From positions 27,714,001 to 27,778,000 of the forward strand of contig NC_043000.1 in NCBI RefSeq assembly GCF_006345805.1: a stretch of 64,000 nt of DNA, read 5' to 3'. Made by a program: the position numbers and the translations under genes. Shown in pieces: positions 57,179 through 64,000 of the stretch. Positions within the stretch are counted from its first letter, which is position 1. The number at the start of each line of letters is the position of its first letter. The stretch comes from Octopus sinensis (taxonomy: Eukaryota). The notes under the pieces were generated by a model that ran no database searches, had not been told where the DNA came from, and was given only the letters and a program-made list of their open reading frames with translations.

Positions 57179-59903
57179 CGTGTCTGTGTGTGCGCGTGCG
57201 TATCTGTGTCTGCGTGTGTATAGAGATAGATAAATAAACTAGCAATCTGGCTAAGTAGAGAGATAACCATGTAGATATGAATATATAAATCTATGTGCAG
57301 ATTTTTGCCCACGTCACATATCTCTTTATCTACAAGCAAAAGCCGAAAATGCATTTTAACTGCATCTGTTCAAATGATTAACTTTCAAAACAACAACTAT
57401 AATCAAATTAATTATTTAATATAATAATCAATACAGTATACAACCAAAACACCACCTAGAAATATTGGCAATCTCACATAAGCATTCAATACATTTAACA
57501 TCACAGAATTTCGTCATAGACTGTATTCTTCCTAAAACAAAGTATTACTAGGCAATATAAGAACCGGCATTGTTAATTCACCGCTAAGTAAAATATATAA
57601 TGACATGATGTAATAATAAGTTAAGAAAAACAACTAACAAAAACACCCATACGTACAGACTTAAATAATGCATTAACGTATTATCTGAATTATATTGCTG
57701 ATTGTGTAACATTTGTATTCTTAATGTTTTCATGTGGCGCCGGCTGGTAATCTCTTGTTAACACACTTATGACGAACAAAACAAATCAACAACTTACAAA
57801 TTGAATTTGAAAGCAAACATGAAAATCAAGATAACCAACGATTAAGTTAGTATGAATGTATTAAATACAAGCAACATCAAATGTTTATTGCAAATAAGAA
57901 CGTGGTGAGGTAAAATAAATGTTAAATCTATTTCTAATATTTTCATGTCTTTCGGCAAGTATGAGAGACAACACGGGATATCTTTCTGTCTTGTTATGAC
58001 CTCATTTGCGAAGCATTAAACTTCACTATATTTATTCTTATCAACTAATGGTAGTACTACGAGTAAATATATACGATTGTACAGGAGGTTATCTCATTTG
58101 TCACTGACAAATATGGAATGTATATCCAGATTTTGTTGTAAGAAAATATACGAATATTATGAATATATGCGAAACTTATCAAATGTAATCGCCCACTTTA
58201 TCTGGAACAAAACATGTGTTCAACGACCTCGGGGATATTATAAATTTATTGTCTGAACTTTACACTTCACCTCCATCAAATAAATGTCTACATGTATATG
58301 AAGTAATATTTTTTCAGTTTATTTTGATGTTACATTCAAACTCAAAAGTTTGATAACCATGGTAAAGAATTCTGATTAATAAATAACTTGGGATACAGAT
58401 TGTCAGCAAATTGAAGAAGAAGCATATTTGATGAAAAAAAAAAAAAAAAAAACAGAGATACAGAGCTTAAAATGTGGAACACGTAATACAATTGAAACCT
58501 TGAAAAAAATATCAACGCCAAAAGTAACAAAATTAGAGAAGAAAATATTATAGTTATAAAAATTTACAACATGAATGAGAAAAATAGATCAGGCAGATTT
58601 TTTTAATATTACAAGATGAAATTTAATTAGGCACGCGGTATATTCGATAAACCAAAGCCATATTATAACTGCACCAGTGAAGATGTAAATATAAATAATT
58701 AAAATATGTAACAGTAGAAAAATCTAAAGATGGACATTTTTGTATATGAGAACAATGTATAGGTGAATCCAGTTCGAATTAAATAATTAAGATTGCTTCA
58801 GGTTCCTACAAAACAATGAACTATTTTCTCAATGAAAATTATACACTCATAACTAAGTCTAAGCATAAAATTATGACCGTCATCGCAATACTGGAAGCTG
58901 TTGTGTCTATCACTATTTCCAGATAATTACAATAATGTATAAAGGAAGCATACTAAGCACAAACTACTTTGGGTAACACACAATATGACAAACATAAGAA
59001 AACTTCACTCCAAGCACCAAAAATTTTTAATCGAATTTTCAGTTAAAAACGATTCAATGAATATTTTTATCTTGACGGACAGATAAATGTTAAATAATAA
59101 CAAATAAGTATTCAAGTTCAAAGAACGCCTAAGACAAGAAATATTTGACTCATCAAAGAAAATTTATTTTGGAAATTAACATTTACAGATTGTCTGGAAC
59201 AATAAAGCCGCAAGATCTATAATTTGCATTTCAAGACACTGAGAGAGTTTTTATCAGGTTAGAAATATATTTGGCTCCTATATTGCCATTTTTATTGTAG
59301 TAGAATTTATATATAATTTACCGCCATGTAATACGACATTATGTTTCCATGTCAGAAGTCACGTGATAATTTCTGTTTCATAGTATTCAAATGTGTATAG
59401 CCCTTACCACCCAAATGTTGTATCGCTACACTTCCACATCAGCAATGACGTGAGACCTTTTAGACGTTAGATCCAAAGATAAACATATCCACACATATAT
59501 ATCGCAGTTCATCCAGTATAAAATAGCATAAACACAAAGAAGATAGTGTATTCTTCAATTAGAAAACAGTTTTAAAATATTTCCTGTAGAAGCAAAAAAA
59601 TATCTATTGACGAATGAAAGAAATTTAATACAAATAGCAACAAATTTGTTTTTCTGATTTTAGGGAAACTAACACTTACAACGTAAATGCTATGTTAACA
59701 GGTAGCTGTGAGATACTTGGAAATACCAAAAATTATGTAGAAATCTAAAAGTTAATTAAAACCAATGTTGGAGAATGTATCGCTAAGAATTAGGTAAGAT
59801 GTTACATACAAAAATACAAGAAAATCATAGAATGAGAAATACTACTAAATCAGTCTAACTAGAAAATTTGAAGGCTGTTGACAACTACATTGAAACTGTT
59901 CTA

Positions 59904-60351
59904 GGATCTTTTCGGTTTGAACGGCAACTTTTTAAAATAATTTCCACGTAACTAAACACTTTTAAACTTCGTATACTGGTAGAATGTGTTTATAAAACAT
60001 CTTTTTCTCTTGGCTTTATTGAGAAAATTCTATAGTTTGTAAGATATTTGTTGTTTTTTTCTTCAATTTCTGCAATTTTCACCAATCAATGATGTCTATT
60101 GAGGTGAAAACATTCTGTGCCGTATGAATCTGTCCCTCGTTTAAGACACAGATTGGGTTTATTTACATTTCTGAAGAAATAAAAATGCACCTCAACCCAA
60201 CCCTAACCCTAATCAACTCTAACTAACCCTAACTCTAACCCTAACCCTATAACAGATTGAAATGCAATAGATCGATACTAGGGTCAAAATTATGTGTGAC
60301 AATTTCATATGACACCGCTAGAAAAAACCGCCGTTCAAACCGAAAAGATCC
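59904..60351. mobile_element. Merlin-like MITE, copy 2
   Basis: TIR GGATCTTTTCGGTTTGAACGGC / GCCGTTCAAACCGAAAAGATCC; alignable along its length to 46807-47244; (CCCTAA)-like repeats at about 60195-60250. Confidence 0.9.
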
Positions 60352-60829
60352 ATTTTCTATGTTTGAATATTGCCCCTCTTTATTTTTACTTCCTTTAGTT
60401 AGTCCAATGCAGACAAGCAGGGGCACCACACAGAAGAGTTTCATCGATAAAATCCAACCCAGTACTTTTTTCTTGTTTTTTAGAGTCCAGTGTATATTAT
60501 ATATGACTATTTTGTCGGACCTCAGATTTAAACAAACCAAAACTAGTTGTAAAGCAGAAGCGAAGAACAAACGCAAAGACACACACACACACAGCCATAC
60601 ACATATAAACGCATAAAAAAACGCACACCTATAAATCGTTTGCAAGAAGGTTGGCACTCACTTTGAAGTTTGAGATTACTGGCCTTCGACAGAATTTTGA
60701 CGGCAGAAAACCAGCTGAAACTTGAAAACCAATGAAACTTTTTGTTGGATAAACTGCAAAAATAGCTACTCTATTACGATGCGTATTACGAGCGTATAAT
60801 GCTCAAAGGATTTTTTGTACGTAAAAATG

Positions 60830-60866
<37 letters not shown>

Positions 60867-60914
60867 GGTGCGTGTGTATGTGTGTGTGTGTGGTGTGTGT
60901 GTGTGTGTGTGTGT

Positions 60915-61168
60915 ATAAATTAGAAAAAAACACCTTTTATCAATTTAATAATGAAAAATTAAATTATGCCATTTAGAAAAATTACATATTATAGAAAGAT
61001 TAAATATATACCAAATATATACGTTTTGTTAATTATTTTGCACATTACTTAATCATTGTTATATGTTTTATCTTATATTTAATCTTTCTATAATATGTAA
61101 TTTTTCTAAATGGTATAATTTAATTTTTCATTATTGAATTTATAAAAGGTGTTTTTTTTTTAAATTCA
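60915..61168. repeat. AT-rich inverted repeat (~95-bp arms) between TG and TA microsatellites
   Basis: 60915-61008 is the reverse complement of 61074-61168. Confidence 0.85.
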
Positions 61169-61170
61169 TA

Positions 61171-61252
<82 letters not shown>

Positions 61253-61367
61253 TGTGTGTGCGTGTGTGCGTGTGTGTGTGTGGTATATTTTGTGAAATTT
61301 GAATTAGTATTTCTAAATTGAAATTTTCCCTTTAAGCTTGGAATAATATTCCCTCATATTATTTTTG

Positions 61368-61417
<50 letters not shown>

Positions 61418-61647
61418 AAATATAAATTAGAAGCAGCGCGAGGTATATAAGAATGTCGAACACATACACGACGTGTGTGCGTGTTGTTATTTCGTTCGGC
61501 GGCTGCAATTTTTAGACGAAAGAGAATAAATTCTCAATGCCCTTAGTCTAAGGGTACCTTAAAGTCCATTAAGAATATATATTATCTTACGCCGCCAGAC
61601 GAACTAACAACACGCACAATTCGTGCATGTGTGTTCGTCTTTTTTTC

Positions 61648-61747
<100 letters not shown>

Positions 61748-62122
61748 AAATATGCGTTAGAAGCGATAGTGATGTAAACATTATCGAACACACGAACTCA
61801 ATCTATGCATTCTGCCTGTTCGATGATTTGGTACAAATTTTACATGATTGAGATGGATCCCTCAAAGTATCGGATGTTAAAACCCCTGAAAGTCATAGAT
61901 AGGCGAGGCAATCCACCCCAGATTTTGGATCACCTGTCTGTGACTTTCATGTGTTTTAACACCCAGCACTTTGTTACAGTTGTCTCCACCACGCCAATTT
62001 GAAACCTACGTGTGAACAAGTAAGCGCATACATTGGGTATTTGTATACATTACATTACATGATGGGCTTCCACAGTTTCCAGTACTACAAGAAAATTATA
62101 TAAAATGTTGCAGTATGGAACG

Positions 62123-62365
62123 TGGAGGCGCGTGGCTTAGTGGTTAGGGTGTTGAACTCAAGAACGTAAGGTTGTAGTCTCGATTCCTGGACCGGGCGAT
62201 GAGTTGTGTTCTTGACAAAACACTTCATTTCACGTTGCTCCAGTCCTCCTCTCAGCGGGAAAAATGAGTAATCCTGCGACGGACAGGCCTCCCGTCCAGG
62301 TGGGGAATTTCTACGCCACTGAAACCGGGAAACCGGCCCTTATGATCCTGGCTCGAGAAGGAACA
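62123..62365 (+). mobile_element. tRNA-derived SINE with CORE-like and V-like segments
   Basis: GGAGGCGCGTGGCTTAGTGGTTAGGG head, CAAAACACTTCATTTCACGTTGCTCCAG and CCTGCGACGGACAGGCCTCCCGTCCAGG. Confidence 0.82.
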
Positions 62366-63329
62366 TTTATTATTATTTTTTTTAATTTGGAACGTAGCCT
62401 TCTTAACATACAACCGCTACCTCAGAGATATAACGACATAAAAGGAGAAGAAATTTCACATTTATAAACTAATATTTATGCAAAGGAAAGAGAAAATTCA
62501 AATTTTTATTAAGCATAAATCAACATTCTCATCAATATTCTACTTAGATCTATTTAATCAGAGTGTTTATTTTGCAGACTACGAATATGAGAAATAAACA
62601 TTGTACTCCATGGATTTGAAGAATATTTTTACGCTGTCCTCGTAATATTCCTGATAAATCGCTTTCATAATACAACACAAAGACATCCTGATCAACAACA
62701 ATAACAACAGCCACAAAAATAATGTTTCCATAGTCGACAGTGACTCTGAGACAGAGCCTGTGGTGTTATTTTACTGGTTTCGTATCTCATTTTATTTTTA
62801 ATTTTAATTTTATGTACAGCTAATTTCTGATGCGTTGATATGTGTTTTTTTTTATAATATTCTTATTCTAATTTTAACTAATATCTGCTTTTGACAGTTT
62901 TCATTACAAAATAAAAAAAAAAAACTTTTTTAAAGACTTCTGGGAATGTCTTGGATACAAGCCAATGCCTATATAAGAGAACGGTAAACTTTTTTCATTT
63001 TTATGTCTCGAGTAATTTCAAATCTGTCAGATAATTTAGTTCTTTTGTAATTTCTATTTTTATTCAGTTTTTCATTTTATTCAACTAATTATTTCTTTGG
63101 TCACAGCTTTCTTTGCGTAGTGACACATATCTCGAAATGTCTAAGCGAAGTGAGTCTTCGAATCAAAACAATCTTAACAAGAAATTAACTTAGAAATTAT
63201 TTAACAATGTTTGGATAAGTTCAATTATTTCATATTAAAAATATAGTAATAAGTTCGAGATTAACGCAGAAGTTATTTTAACCACCCGTTTATACAGTCT
63301 TGCAGGATATCTTACATATACTTACATAT

Positions 63330-63705
63330 TAGTGCAGGAGTGGATGTGTGGTAAGCAGCTTGCTTACCAACCACATGGTACCGGATTCAGTCCCACTGCA
63401 TAGCACCTTGGTCAAGTATCTACTATAGCTACGGGCCGGAAAAAGCCATGTGAGCGGATTTGATAGACGGAAACTGAAAGATGTCCGAAGTGTGTGTATA
63501 TGTTTTTGAGTCTGTGATTGTCATCGCAACATCGATGGACAACCGATGCTGGTGTGTTTACGTCCCCGTAACTTAGTGGTTCGGCAAAATATAGCATAAG
63601 TAGTAGGCTTACAAAGAATAAGTCCTGGGCTCGATTTTCTCGACTAAAAGTGGTGATCCAGCTTGGCCACATTCAAGTGATTGGAACGAGTAAAAGAATA
63701 AAAGA
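63330..63705 (+). mobile_element. SINE family C, complete
   Basis: GCAGGAGTGGATGTGTGG head through the GAAACGAGTAAAAG-like tail. Confidence 0.88.
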
Positions 63706-63719
63706 ATGAAAATACTATA

Positions 63720-64000
63720 TAGGGAGACCGTACATGTGTGGAAGTTTACTGTGGTGTTGAGTCAGTTGTCTGTACTTCATTGGTGTAAAGTGATCCTTGT
63801 TCGTGATCAAGATCTGTGTTGGAAAATACCTCAACTAAATAACGAAATCCAAGAGAGGTTATCTTAATTTCTTAGGAAAATAACCAGAGATGATGATAGA
63901 AAGAGAATCCAACAAGATCTGTACGGTCTCTCTAAGATTCATAAGGATGGTATTCTATTAAAACTTATAGTGAGCTGTAGAGGTTCAGCATGTCATCCAC
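63720..64000 (+). mobile_element. Penelope-like RT N-terminal remnant running off the window
   Basis: Translation LYGLSKIHKDGILLKLIVSCRGSACHP matches the PLE motif LYGLPKIHK..P.RPIVS. Confidence 0.8.

Overview
This is AT-rich, microsatellite-dense animal genomic DNA. The SINE families and repeat landscape suggest a cephalopod, probably Octopus (inference). I found no host protein-coding exon, true tRNA/rRNA gene or CRISPR array that I can support; almost everything interpretable is mobile-element derived. Non-LTR retrotransposons: a frameshifted L1/Tx1-clade LINE (1-3771,+), a near full-length CR1/L2-group LINE (5932-10400,-) whose ORF1 has poly-Q and two CCCH fingers, and a Dong/R4-like restriction-like-endonuclease LINE (21270-25065,+) with shorter relatives, three of them bounded by (TAA)n. 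Penelope-like elements (PLEs): four coding remnants, including a 653-codon RT+GIY-YIG ORF at 52288-54249. DNA transposons: a probable Chapaev-3 remnant, two mariner remnants, three non-autonomous Helitrons, two Merlin-like MITEs with telomere-like repeats and a foldback element. There are also many tRNA-derived SINEs. Highlights: (1) several hammerhead-ribozyme folds with palindromic helix III, read by eye, in PLE termini and in short non-coding elements embedded in (TA)n; (2) a SINE whose 3' tail matches the 3' end of the Tx1 LINE in this window and is followed by GGTA in 5 of 6 copies, producing self-nested arrays; (3) two short, near-exact local copies that look like templated insertions, one replacing coding sequence inside a LINE. 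All family assignments come from motif recognition, not database searches.
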